DNA of 64,000 nt from an uncultured Gemmatimonadales bacterium (GTDB lineage Bacteria; Gemmatimonadota; Gemmatimonadetes; Longimicrobiales; RSA9): NCBI GenBank assembly GCA_963798845.1, contig CAWCUS010000003.1:64001-128000 (forward strand), in the 5' to 3' direction. Below, in pieces: positions 39,578 to 49,017 of the stretch. The notes below the pieces were generated by a model. It saw nothing but the letters and a program-made list of their open reading frames with translations. It was not told the DNA's origin and did not search any database. Made by a program: the position numbers and the translations under genes. Position 1 is the first letter of the stretch. Every line of letters begins with the position of its first letter.

Positions 39578-40534
39578 CTACTTCGGTGCCGCGGCGCCGA
39601 GCGGAACGCTGAGACCGAGCGAGACCCCACCCGAGTCGCTGGCCCCCACGTACGGTCGAACCTCCGTGGTCCAGCGCGACCGCCCGGACACGGCCATGCT
39701 CCGCCCCACCAGCGTACCGATGGCCGCACCCGCGGCCACGTCCGAGAGGAAATGGGCGTCGTGGTAGACCCGCGCGGCCCCGACGCTCCCCGCCAGCCCG
39801 TACGCCAGGAGGTCGACCCAGAGCGACGGCGACTCCGCCGCGATCACCGACGCCACTGCGAACGCCTGCGTCGTATGTCCGGACGGGAACGACTCGTCCC
39901 CCGAGAACGGCACGAACGCTTCAGTCCCCAGCTTCTGCCGCGGCCTCGCTCGCCCGGCCGCCAGCTTGATCAGCGGCGTCACCACCCCTCCCGCCACCAC
40001 GCTCGCAGCCAGCGCCTCCACCGCCGTCCGGCGGAGCGTGGGACGGTGCCACACCATCCCACCGCCGTACAACCCCGCCACCACCCCGAACGAGGCGAGC
40101 TGACCCAGCGGCTCGACCGCGGCGAAATAGACGCTGATTCCCCGGTTCCGACGCCCATCCTCGAAATGCTCCACCGGGCCATCGGCCGCATGCACCAGCA
40201 GCACCGCCGCCAGACCGGAGCCGGGCACCAGCAGCCACTGCGTCGTCGTCCAGCGCGCCGGCGCGGAAAGGCCGTGCAGCACGAGCCCGGCCCCGAAACG
40301 CAGGTCCGCCGAGAGCACCGACTCGCTTTCCCGCGGTCTCGCGGTCGACCCAGGCGAACGGGAGACCGGGACCTGCTGCGTCGCTGACGTGTCGGGAACC
40401 ACGACGGCCGCGGAGGCGGGCGGAATCCCAACCTGTCCGGCGGACGGACTCGCGTTCGCAGCGAAGCCCAGGAGCACGACCAACGGCAACAGGGTTCCCC
40501 GCGCCGGGCGAACGGCGTGCTCGCCCGTTTTCAT
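39578..40534 (-). CDS. PAP2 family phosphatase (tandem paralog)
   Basis: K...GRARP, FPSGH, ARVYHDAHFLSDV; start approximate. Confidence 0.87.
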   Translation of the reverse strand: MKTGEHAVRPARGTLLPLVVLLGFAANASPSAGQVGIPPASAAVVVPDTSATQQVPVSRSPGSTARPRESESVLSADLRFGAGLVLHGLSAPARWTTTQWLLVPGSGLAAVLLVHAADGPVEHFEDGRRNRGISVYFAAVEPLGQLASFGVVAGLYGGGMVWHRPTLRRTAVEALAASVVAGGVVTPLIKLAAGRARPRQKLGTEAFVPFSGDESFPSGHTTQAFAVASVIAAESPSLWVDLLAYGLAGSVGAARVYHDAHFLSDVAAGAAIGTLVGRSMAVSGRSRWTTEVRPYVGASDSGGVSLGLSVPLGAAAPK

Positions 40535-40632
40535 GCGCGCGCGGCGGGAGGATGAAGCGGGTGCATGACGAAAGATCTCTCCGATTCCGCCCGCCCCGCA
40601 ACCCCCGACGCCTCCGTGCGTCGACAAGCCCC

Positions 40633-40676
40633 TTGCCGACGGAACCGTGAAGCCCTAATCGTGTCTATCATCACGA
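40633..40676 (+). promoter_or_regulatory. yeiH-like gene promoter with overlapping Rex-like box
   Basis: TTGCCG-N17-TAATCG; palindrome TCGTGTCTATCATCACGA at 40659-40676. Confidence 0.7.
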
Positions 40677-40694
40677 GATCGGAGGAAACCGACG

Positions 40695-42023
40695 ATGGTA
40701 ACCGCCTCCCGGCCCCAGGCCCCCACGCTTCCGCGCGAACGGTGGTTCACGAGCGAAGACTGGTGGTCTGTCATTCTGGGCCTTTTCCTGCTGGCCGCCT
40801 GCTGGGCGGCCTTCGTGTTGCGCGCGCCGCTCACCACGCTGGGCAGGGCGAAGCCGACTGCGTGGCCGGCCCACCCGCTCGGCCCCCACTTCGCCGAGAC
40901 CTGGCCGGCGTACGTGGCGATGCTGGCGGTGCTCACCGTTCTGACGACCGGCGCGGTGTACGTCATGACGGGGAAGGCGCGGAACTACGTCCTCGGCTTC
41001 CTCGTGCTGTTCGCGGCGTCCACGCTGGTGATGATCCTGGGGGCGCAGGAGCAGCTGAAGACCTACGGCCTCGAGACCGCGTTCTGGGCGCTGGTGATCG
41101 GCCTCGCCGTGGGCAACACCATCCACCTCCCCGTGTGGTTCCAGGCCGCAGCCGGCCGGACGGAGTTCTTCATCAAGACGGGGATCATCCTGCTCGGCGC
41201 CCAGCTCTCCTTCAACGTCATCATCGCCGGTGGCGTGTGGGGGTTCCTGGAAGCGCTGCTCATCGTCTCCGCCGGCTTCACCACCGCCTTCTTCATCGCC
41301 AAGCGTATGGGCTACGACAACCGCTTCGCCGCCGTGCTGGGCGCCGGCGGCTCGGTATGCGGCGTCTCGGCTGCCATCGCCGTCGGCGGGGCCGTGAAGG
41401 CGAACGAGAAGCAGGTCGGCTACGTCATTTCCCTTGTCGTGCTCTACGCGCTCGTGCTCATCTTCCTCCTCCCCGCCATCTCCCGCGGGATCGGGCTCAG
41501 CGAGGTGGTCGCAGGCGCCTGGATCGGAGGCTCCGAGCTCGCAGACGCCGCCGGCCTCGCCTCCGCCGCCATGATCTCCGAGAAGGCGGTCCAGGCCTTC
41601 ACGCTGGTCAAGCTCAACCGCGACGTCATGATCGGCTTCCTCTGCTTCCTGTTCGCCTACCTCGCCGTCACGCGGTGGGACGTCAAGGAGTCCGGCACCA
41701 AGCCGAGCCCGAGGGTCATCTGGGACCGCTTCCCCAAGTTCGTCCTTGCCTTCCTGGTCACCTCCATCGTGATCACCGCCCTCGACAGCAGCATCGGCCC
41801 GGACGTCGCCACCTACATCGTCGCTCCACTGGGCACCATTCGCGGCTGGCTCTTCACCATCGCCTTCCTCTGCATCGGCCTGAACACCCGTATCGAGGAC
41901 GTCCGCGCCATGGGCGCCAAGCCCATCATCGCGTTCACCACGGTCGTGCTGGTCAACGTCAGCGTCGGCTTCATCCTCGCCAACCTCTTCTTCGGCGGCA
42001 TCATCGCCGCGCCGCTCAAGTAG
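40695..42023 (+). CDS. YeiH/PSE family (putative sulfate exporter) membrane transporter
   Basis: SEDWWSV, EFFIKTGIILLG, GSVCGVSAAIA, GAWIGGS, VKLNRDVMIG, RFPKFVL. Confidence 0.9.
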   Translation: MVTASRPQAPTLPRERWFTSEDWWSVILGLFLLAACWAAFVLRAPLTTLGRAKPTAWPAHPLGPHFAETWPAYVAMLAVLTVLTTGAVYVMTGKARNYVLGFLVLFAASTLVMILGAQEQLKTYGLETAFWALVIGLAVGNTIHLPVWFQAAAGRTEFFIKTGIILLGAQLSFNVIIAGGVWGFLEALLIVSAGFTTAFFIAKRMGYDNRFAAVLGAGGSVCGVSAAIAVGGAVKANEKQVGYVISLVVLYALVLIFLLPAISRGIGLSEVVAGAWIGGSELADAAGLASAAMISEKAVQAFTLVKLNRDVMIGFLCFLFAYLAVTRWDVKESGTKPSPRVIWDRFPKFVLAFLVTSIVITALDSSIGPDVATYIVAPLGTIRGWLFTIAFLCIGLNTRIEDVRAMGAKPIIAFTTVVLVNVSVGFILANLFFGGIIAAPLK

Positions 42024-42061
42024 GCGCCGCGACAATACGCTGAAACGGCCTCACGGCACCG

Positions 42062-42088
42062 GCAACGCCTGCCGCGGGGAGGCGTTGC
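42062..42088 (+). terminator. Stem-loop after yeiH-like gene
   Basis: GCAACGCCT...AGGCGTTGC inverted repeat; no clear U tail. Confidence 0.4.
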
Positions 42089-42115
42089 GGTGCCATGGCG
42101 AGGGTGACGTGGGGG

Positions 42116-42159
42116 TTGACGGGGAGCAGCAGCGGCAGTAATCGTGACTTTTGGCACGA
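42116..42159 (+). promoter_or_regulatory. Promoter of the kinase-TauE operon with overlapping Rex-like box
   Basis: TTGACG-N17-TAATCG; palindrome TCGTGACTTTTGGCACGA at 42142-42159. Confidence 0.7.
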
Positions 42160-42311
42160 TAGACTCCGGCCCGCCCCTGCCGGCTCTGAAAAACGGAAGG
42201 TAGACCTTGGAGGCGACGCAGGCGGTTGCGGGGGACGGGAGGGGGAACCCGAGGCCGGCGTCCGAGCGGAAAGCGGACGAAGGGGGTCCCGCGGGCGCGG
42301 AGCGCGCGCTG

Positions 42312-43742
42312 ATGGCGCGTCCGGAGCTGAGCATTCGGACGCGGATCATGGGCGTGTTCGCGCTGCTATTCGTTCTGTGCACCACCATCACGGTGGCGGC
42401 GGTGGTGTTCCTGTCGGCCTTCCAGGCCAAGATCCGGTTCCTGGAGAACGCCGGGAGCTATTCCTTCGAGATCGAGGAAGCGCGGCGCAACGAGAAGAAT
42501 TTCTTCCTGTACGGGACGGGTCTTCCGGAGGCGCTTGCGAGCGCGACGCTGGCGCAGAGCCACCTGGAGCGGAACGTGGACCAGATCCGCTCGGTGGTGG
42601 GTGGTGCGAAGTACGAGGAGATGGAGCGAAGTCTCGCGCGCTACCGAAGCCTGCTGGAGGAGCTGGTCCGACTGGAGGAAGGCGCGGAGAGGGCGACGGC
42701 GTCGTCGTCCCGGGGGATCGAGGTGAGACTGCGGACCGAAGGCGCGCAGCTGCTGAACGACGCCGAGGAAATGATCGCCGGCGAGCGGTCGGCGGTGTCT
42801 GCGATGCTGCACACCTCCATGCTCGCGGCGTTCGCTTTCCTGGGGTTGATGCTGCTTCTGATGGTGGTGTTCGCGGGGTTCGTGATCCGGACGGTGGTGC
42901 ACCCGCTGGAGCGGTTCATGGATTACATCGAGCGGATCGGCGCCGGGAACTACGAGCCGATCCAGCCGGTGCGGCGGTTCCGGGACGAGTTCTCCTCCCT
43001 GGCGCTGGCGTTCAACCGGATGCTGGGGGAGTTCGTGACGCACCAGGAGCAACTGGTGCAGTCGGCGAAAATGGCTGCGGTGGGGACGCTGACGTCGGGG
43101 ATCGCGCACGAGCTGAACAACCCGCTGAACAACATCGGGCTCACGGTGGAGGCGCTGCTGGACGACCTCGACGCCTACCCGGAGGAGGACAAGCGGCGCA
43201 TGCTGGAGCAGGCGTACACGCAGGTGGAGCGGGCGAGCACCACCGTGCGGAACCTGCTGGACTTCACGCGCAAGGACCGCTCCGCCTTCACCACGGTGTC
43301 GGTGGCGAAGGTGGTGGCTTCGGTGCTGCGACTGGTGCAGAACGAGGCGCTGCTGGGCGGCGTGGAGTTCGAGAGCTCGATCCCCGGTGACCTTCCCCCG
43401 GTGCGGGGCAACCCGCACGACCTCGAGCAGGTGTTCCTGAACCTCTGCCTCAACGCGATCCAGGCGATGCCGGACGGCGGCCGGGCGGAGGTCACGGCCG
43501 TGGCGGAGGGCGAGGAGGTGAGGGTGGATGTCGCCGATACCGGTGCCGGGATCGCGCCGGAGCACCTGGATGAGATCTTCGATCCGTTCTTCACGACGAA
43601 GGAGCCGGGAGAGGGCACGGGCCTGGGACTGTCCGTGAGCCACAGCATCATCGAGCAGCACCGGGGCCGGATCACCGTGGCCAGCGAGGTCGGGAAGGGA
43701 ACGACGTTCTCCGTATACCTGCCGGCGGCGGTCGGGAAGTGA
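42312..43742 (+). CDS. Membrane sensor histidine kinase (periplasmic helical sensor, HAMP, NtrB-type HisKA/HATPase)
   Basis: Two TMs, ARRNEKNFFLY sensor motif, AHELNNPL H-box, NAIQAM, DTGAGI, PFFTTK, GTGLGL; alternative TTG start 42207. Confidence 0.93.
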   Translation: MARPELSIRTRIMGVFALLFVLCTTITVAAVVFLSAFQAKIRFLENAGSYSFEIEEARRNEKNFFLYGTGLPEALASATLAQSHLERNVDQIRSVVGGAKYEEMERSLARYRSLLEELVRLEEGAERATASSSRGIEVRLRTEGAQLLNDAEEMIAGERSAVSAMLHTSMLAAFAFLGLMLLLMVVFAGFVIRTVVHPLERFMDYIERIGAGNYEPIQPVRRFRDEFSSLALAFNRMLGEFVTHQEQLVQSAKMAAVGTLTSGIAHELNNPLNNIGLTVEALLDDLDAYPEEDKRRMLEQAYTQVERASTTVRNLLDFTRKDRSAFTTVSVAKVVASVLRLVQNEALLGGVEFESSIPGDLPPVRGNPHDLEQVFLNLCLNAIQAMPDGGRAEVTAVAEGEEVRVDVADTGAGIAPEHLDEIFDPFFTTKEPGEGTGLGLSVSHSIIEQHRGRITVASEVGKGTTFSVYLPAAVGK

Positions 43743-43765
43743 ATCTGCAGCTTGAGTGAAGCGAT

Positions 43766-44692
43766 ATGAATCATCTGGCGATCTATCTCCCCGTTGCGGG
43801 GAGCGCGGTGAGCATCCCGCTCCTGATCGGTCTCGGGGCCGTGGTGGGGTTCATGTCCGGGCTGTTCGGGGTGGGCGGCGGCTTCCTGATGACGCCGCTG
43901 CTCATCATGATCGGGATCCCACCCACGGTGGCGGCCGCCTCGGACTCGAACCAGATCGTGGCCGCGTCGTCGTCGGGGACGTACGCCCACGCCCGCGCGG
44001 GATCCGTGGACACGCCAATGGGGCTGCTGCTCCTCGTGGGGGGCATCGCGGGTGGCTCGCTGGGCGTCGTGCTGATCAAGTTCCTGCGGGCCATGGGGAA
44101 CGCCGACTTCGTGATCACGGTGACATACGTGGTGATGCTCGGCGGGATCGGCGCCTACATGTTCGTGGAGAGCCTGCGCAGCATGCGGACGGGCCCCGAC
44201 GTACGGGAGGTCGCGGCGAAGCCGTCGATGTACGCTCGGGTGGTCCAGGCGCTGCCGTGGAGGATCCGATTCCGCCGCTCGAACGTGCAGCTGTCGGTGC
44301 TGATGCCTCTGCTGCTCGGCGTTCTGGTGGGCACCCTGGCCGCGATCATGGGTGTGGGAGGCGGCTTCATCATGGTCCCGGTCATGGTATACCTGCTTCG
44401 CATGCCGATGCACGTGGTGGTCGGAACCAGCCTCTTCCAGATCCTCTTCACGTGCATCAACGTCACGGTCCTCCAGGCGACGCTCAACCACACGGTGGAC
44501 TTCATCCTCGCCCTCTTTCTCCTCATTGGCTCCGTGGTGGGCGCGCAGCTCGGAGCGCTGGTGAGCAAGCGGCTGAAGGCGGACCAGCTCAAGATCCTCA
44601 TGGCCATCATCGTCCTGGTCGTCACGGGCAAGATGCTCCTGGGGCTGGTCCTGCCGCCGGAGTTCCTGGTCAGTTACGCGGGAGGCCACTGA
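43766..44692 (+). CDS. TauE/SafE (TSUP) sulfite/sulfate transporter family protein
   Basis: SGLFGVGGGFLMTP and AIMGVGGGFIMVP repeats, VVGTSLFQ. Confidence 0.92.
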   Translation: MNHLAIYLPVAGSAVSIPLLIGLGAVVGFMSGLFGVGGGFLMTPLLIMIGIPPTVAAASDSNQIVAASSSGTYAHARAGSVDTPMGLLLLVGGIAGGSLGVVLIKFLRAMGNADFVITVTYVVMLGGIGAYMFVESLRSMRTGPDVREVAAKPSMYARVVQALPWRIRFRRSNVQLSVLMPLLLGVLVGTLAAIMGVGGGFIMVPVMVYLLRMPMHVVVGTSLFQILFTCINVTVLQATLNHTVDFILALFLLIGSVVGAQLGALVSKRLKADQLKILMAIIVLVVTGKMLLGLVLPPEFLVSYAGGH

Positions 44693-45582
44693 TGCCTGGC
44701 CAACGGATGTCCACGGCCGCGGGCGTGCTCGCCGCCTGCTGCGTGGCCGTCGCGATCGTCGTCCCCGCCCCCTCGCGGGTGTCGGCGCAGGAGCCGGGCG
44801 CGACGGCGGCGCCCGACCAGGACACGACCCGCGGGCCGGTGGTGGAACGGGCGCACGAGCTGCCCGGGGAGACGGCTGCCGCCGCGGTCGGTTCCGGCGC
44901 GGTCGTGGTGGAGCCGGCCGAGATCGTGGCCGGGATGTTCTACGCCGGGGCCACCATCCACGTGAGCGCGGTGGTCCCGCAGGGTGCGGCCGTGACGGTA
45001 CTCTGCCACAGCGAAGGTCACCCGCTGACCCTGAAGCGGAAGGGCAAGGCGCTCGGGCTGCTCTGGTTGAACGTGGGCGACGTGTCCTTCGAGGATGTCC
45101 CGACCGCGTACCTGCTGGCCACGTCGCGGCCCCTGACGTCGCTGGCGCCGGATTCCGTGCTCGAGCAGCTCGACCTCGGGTTCGTGGCGCTCGCCTCGCG
45201 CTGCGACGCGGACGCCTCGGACCCTGTACTTTTCAGCGAGCTGGTACGTCTGAAGCAGAAGGAGCGGTTGTGGACGGTGGCGGAGAACACGGTGGCAGTC
45301 CAGCCGGCAGAAGGCGACGCCGGGCTGGCCACGACCGACATCACCCTGCCCCCCAAGGCGGGCCCAGGCGAGTACGAAGTGCTGGTGTACGCCTTCCAGG
45401 ACGAGCGGCCGGAGCTCATCGGGAGCGCGCGGCTCCGCATCCGGCAGGCGGGCGTGACTGGGTTCATCACCGACCTCGCTACGGACCACGGGCTTCTGTA
45501 CGGAATCCTCGCGGCGACCGTGGCGATCGCCGTGGGCCTGCTCACGGGTCTCGTCTTCGGGATGGGCTCGAAGGGGCACTGA
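44692..45582 (+). CDS. TIGR02186-family exported protein with C-terminal TM anchor (usual TauE partner)
   Basis: Signal peptide; FYAGAT, KRKGKALGLLWLN, VPTAY, GLLYGIL..., KGH end; coupled to the tauE stop. Confidence 0.8.
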   Translation: MPGQRMSTAAGVLAACCVAVAIVVPAPSRVSAQEPGATAAPDQDTTRGPVVERAHELPGETAAAAVGSGAVVVEPAEIVAGMFYAGATIHVSAVVPQGAAVTVLCHSEGHPLTLKRKGKALGLLWLNVGDVSFEDVPTAYLLATSRPLTSLAPDSVLEQLDLGFVALASRCDADASDPVLFSELVRLKQKERLWTVAENTVAVQPAEGDAGLATTDITLPPKAGPGEYEVLVYAFQDERPELIGSARLRIRQAGVTGFITDLATDHGLLYGILAATVAIAVGLLTGLVFGMGSKGH

Positions 45583-45589
45583 GAAGGAG

Positions 45590-48574
45590 ATGATGCTGGG
45601 GAGCGTGCGCGCGCTGTTCGGCCGCCGCGGGGCGGATTCCGCCGAGAGGATCCGGAAGAAGCTGACGACCTTCCGGGACCTGGTGGAGAAGAACGACCGC
45701 GTGCTGGAGCTCATCGCCGACGCAGGCGAGAAGCTGGGCGGCGAGTACGTGTTCGACACGAAGTATCTGGACGACCTCGTCCGGGACCTGAAGAGCGCCG
45801 TCCACGGGGTGGTCGAGGACCTCAACACCCTCACCGGCAACCGCTACCCGGAACTGCTCCAGGTCGTGGCGTCCCTCGACGCACGCGTCCGCGCGGCGCT
45901 GGAATGCCGCACCCGAATTCCCGACGGCCCCTACATCGTCCCGGTGGAGGAAGCCGGCTTCGAGCAGGTGGAGGTCGTGGGGGAGAAGCTCGGCCGACTG
46001 GGCGAGATGCAGACCCGGCTGGACTGCCGGATCCCGGATGGGTTCGTGGTCACGACGCGCGGCTGTCGGGACCTGCTCGAACAGGCGGGGGTCCTCGACG
46101 CCGCGGAGTCGCTCCGCTCGCGCCTGGGCGAAGACGGAGCGGCGCTGGAGTCGGAAGCGCTGGAGCTGCAGGCCCGCGTCCTTTCCGCCTCGGTTCCGCG
46201 TGACGTGGCCCGGAGCATCCGGCGCGAGGTGGACCGGCTCCAGGCTCGCCAGCCCGGAGCGCTCTTCGCCGTGCGCTCCAGCGCGGCGGAGGAGGACGGA
46301 GCGCTCACGTTCGCCGGCCAGTACGAGACGGTGCTCGGCGTCGATGCCGACGACGTGGTCGACGCGTACCAGCAGGTGGTGGCGAGCCTCTTCTCGCCCA
46401 ACGTGATCCGCTATCAGCAGCACCACCGTCTTCCGCCCGGCTGCGGTCTGATGGCGGTCGGCTGCCTTTGCATGGTCCCGGCGCGGGCGAGCGGCGTCGT
46501 CTACACCCTGAACCCTTCGGCCGCGGCCGCCCGGGTCCAACTCGTGACCTCAACCTGGGGCCTCGGCAAGGCCGTCGTCGAGGGCGAGGCGCCCGTGGAC
46601 CGGTTCGAGGTGCTGCGGGAGCCGGGCTACCCGGTGGCCGAGACCCGCCTGGCTTACAAGTCGTGGAAGTACGTGGCCCGTCCGGGCCGTGGGACGGTGC
46701 GGGAGCCGGTGCCGGAAGAGCAGCGCGGAGCGCCGTCGCTCACGCCGGCCCAGGTTTCGGAGCTGGCGGACATCGCCTGCCGGATCGAGCGCTACATGAA
46801 GGCGGCCCAGGACATCGAGTGGGCCATCGACGACGAAGGCCGCCTGTTCATCCTCCAGGCGAGGCCGCTCAGCATCCCGGCCGACCGGGACCACGAGCGT
46901 CAGGACCTGTCCGACGTCGTCGCCCGCTACCCCGTCCTGCTGCGCGGGCGAGGAGACGTGGCCTGCCGCGGGATCGGGATCGGCCGCGTCCACGTGGTCG
47001 AGCACGAGGCGACCCCCGGCGACGTCCCTCCCGGCGCCGTGCTGGTGGCACGGACCGCGACGCCCCGGCTCGGCGGGGCGCTGGCAGGGGTGAGCGCGGT
47101 CGTCACCGACCTCGGCAGCGCCACCGGCCATTTCGCAGCCGTCGCCCGCGATTTCCGCGTCCCCACCATCGTCTCCACCGGGGTCGCGACGCGCACGCTG
47201 CTGGAGGGGATGGAGGTGACGGTCGACGCCGAAGAGAACGTGGTCTACGAGGGCCGAATCGACGAGCTGCTCCGGCACCAGCTGCTCATGCGCTCGTCCT
47301 TCGAGGACACGAACGAGTTCCGTCTCCTGCGCCGCGTGCTGCGGACCATTGCCCCGCTCGGACTTCGCGACCCGCAGAGCTCCGGGTTCTCGACCTCCCA
47401 GTGCCGCACCTACCACGACGTGATCCGCTTCGCCCACGAGAAGGCCATCGCGGAGCTCACGGACATCGGGTGGGTCAAGGCGACCGGCGACCAGTCGCAC
47501 CTCCGCCGACTCGACCTGCCGATCCCGCTCGACCTGATCCTCATCGATCTCGGGGGGGGGTTCCGCGTCCGCGCCGGCCACGATACCGCGAGCCTCGATG
47601 ACCTCACCTCACGCCCGCTGCTGCCGCTCCTCGAAGCCCTCACGGCCGAGGGCATCTGGGAGACCGCCCCCGCCGACATGGACATGGACGGCTTCATGTC
47701 CAGCGCGACCCGCTCCATGGCACTCACCGGGCCGCTGGCGAGCCGGCCGACCCAGAACCTCGCCATCGTGGGCGGACGCTACCTGCACCTCAGCCTCCGC
47801 CTGGGCTACCACTTCAACATCGTCGACGCCCACCTCGGGGACACCCCGGCGGACAACTACATCTATTTCCGCTTCGCCGGCGGCGTGACGGAGCTGACCC
47901 GGCGCTCGCGCCGCGCAACACTGCTCAAACAGATCCTCGAGGACCACGGCTTCGTGACCGAGGGAGGCGAGGATCTGGTCATCGGACGCGTGAAGGGCCT
48001 CGCCCCCGACATCATGGAAGAGCGCATGCGCATGCTGGGGCGGCTCATCGGTTTCACGCGGCAGCTGGACGTGTTCCTCAGAAACGACACGCTCGTGGAC
48101 CGCTACGTGGAGCGGTTCATGGGCCGGGCAACACCCCTGGACGACGGGACTTCCGAAAACGGAATGGAGAACGCCATGAGCAGCACTGCCGACGTGTTGG
48201 TGCTGGACGACGAGCCGATGGTGGCTGAGCGTCTGAAGGACCACCTGGACCGGAAGGGCTATCAGGTCGAGGTGTTCACCGATAGCCAGACCGCCATCGA
48301 TCGCCTCGCCGTGCAGCGCTTCGACGTGGTCATCACGGATCTCAAGATGGCCGGGCCGACCGGGCTGGACGTCCTTCGGTTCGTGCGGGACAACAGCTTC
48401 GGGACACAGGTCATCATCATCACCGGATACGGCTCGATGGACGCGGCGAGGAAGGCGGAATACACCGGCGCCTTCGATTTCGTGAACAAGCCGTTCAGCA
48501 TGAAGACGCTCGAAACCATGACCCGCAAGGCCGCCAGGAAGGCCCGGAAGCTCCACGCCAAGGAGCCTCTGTGA
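45590..48574 (+). CDS. PEP-synthase/PPDK-like protein (ATP-grasp + phospho-His swivel domain + unknown domain) fused to a C-terminal receiver domain
   Basis: AVRSSAAEEDG..FAGQYET, QDIEWAI, ILQARP; TGHFAAVARDF; no PEP/pyruvate TIM barrel; C-terminal LDDEP...TDLKM...ITGYG...KPF. Confidence 0.88.
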   Translation: MMLGSVRALFGRRGADSAERIRKKLTTFRDLVEKNDRVLELIADAGEKLGGEYVFDTKYLDDLVRDLKSAVHGVVEDLNTLTGNRYPELLQVVASLDARVRAALECRTRIPDGPYIVPVEEAGFEQVEVVGEKLGRLGEMQTRLDCRIPDGFVVTTRGCRDLLEQAGVLDAAESLRSRLGEDGAALESEALELQARVLSASVPRDVARSIRREVDRLQARQPGALFAVRSSAAEEDGALTFAGQYETVLGVDADDVVDAYQQVVASLFSPNVIRYQQHHRLPPGCGLMAVGCLCMVPARASGVVYTLNPSAAAARVQLVTSTWGLGKAVVEGEAPVDRFEVLREPGYPVAETRLAYKSWKYVARPGRGTVREPVPEEQRGAPSLTPAQVSELADIACRIERYMKAAQDIEWAIDDEGRLFILQARPLSIPADRDHERQDLSDVVARYPVLLRGRGDVACRGIGIGRVHVVEHEATPGDVPPGAVLVARTATPRLGGALAGVSAVVTDLGSATGHFAAVARDFRVPTIVSTGVATRTLLEGMEVTVDAEENVVYEGRIDELLRHQLLMRSSFEDTNEFRLLRRVLRTIAPLGLRDPQSSGFSTSQCRTYHDVIRFAHEKAIAELTDIGWVKATGDQSHLRRLDLPIPLDLILIDLGGGFRVRAGHDTASLDDLTSRPLLPLLEALTAEGIWETAPADMDMDGFMSSATRSMALTGPLASRPTQNLAIVGGRYLHLSLRLGYHFNIVDAHLGDTPADNYIYFRFAGGVTELTRRSRRATLLKQILEDHGFVTEGGEDLVIGRVKGLAPDIMEERMRMLGRLIGFTRQLDVFLRNDTLVDRYVERFMGRATPLDDGTSENGMENAMSSTADVLVLDDEPMVAERLKDHLDRKGYQVEVFTDSQTAIDRLAVQRFDVVITDLKMAGPTGLDVLRFVRDNSFGTQVIIITGYGSMDAARKAEYTGAFDFVNKPFSMKTLETMTRKAARKARKLHAKEPL

Positions 48575-48614
48575 TCACTCGAAGTCGCGAAGCGCACGGA
48601 GGGGGAGCAACCCC

Positions 48615-48992
48615 ATGACCAAGACCCCCAAAAAGGTGCTGCTGCTGGACGACGAGCCCGTGGTCTGCGAACGCCTGAAGCCCGCCCTCGAGAAGCTCGG
48701 CTTCTACGTGGAGTCCTACACCGAGAGCCAACCGGTGGTCGACCGCGTCCTCGAGGAGAGGTTCGACGTCCTGGTCACGGACCTGAAGATGCAGAAGCCC
48801 GATGGCCTGGAGATCATGAACTTCGTCCGCGAGCACTCGCCGGCCACCAAGGTGATCATCATCACCGGCTTCGCCACCGTCGAGACGGCGACGGAGACCC
48901 TCAAGGGCGGGGCCGTGGACTTCATCGCCAAGCCGTTCAAGATCCGGACGCTCTGCGACCGGATCGTTCAGCTCACCCGGGAAGAGGCGTGA
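48615..48992 (+). CDS. Stand-alone response regulator receiver protein
   Basis: LLDDEP, TDLKM, ITGFAT, AKPF. Confidence 0.92.
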   Translation: MTKTPKKVLLLDDEPVVCERLKPALEKLGFYVESYTESQPVVDRVLEERFDVLVTDLKMQKPDGLEIMNFVREHSPATKVIIITGFATVETATETLKGGAVDFIAKPFKIRTLCDRIVQLTREEA

Positions 48993-49017
48993 ACGGGGGC
49001 CTCAAGGCCACGCGGGC

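Noticed and set aside
38569..40534. Lipid A remodelling module (two PAP2 genes plus the LmtA-like gene)
   Set aside because: Genes are 25 kb apart and PAP2 substrate specificity cannot be read from the motifs
45590..48574. Canonical PEP synthase (ppsA) or PPDK
   Set aside because: No C-terminal PEP/pyruvate-binding barrel motifs (such as SIGSNDL); it is replaced by an unknown domain and a receiver
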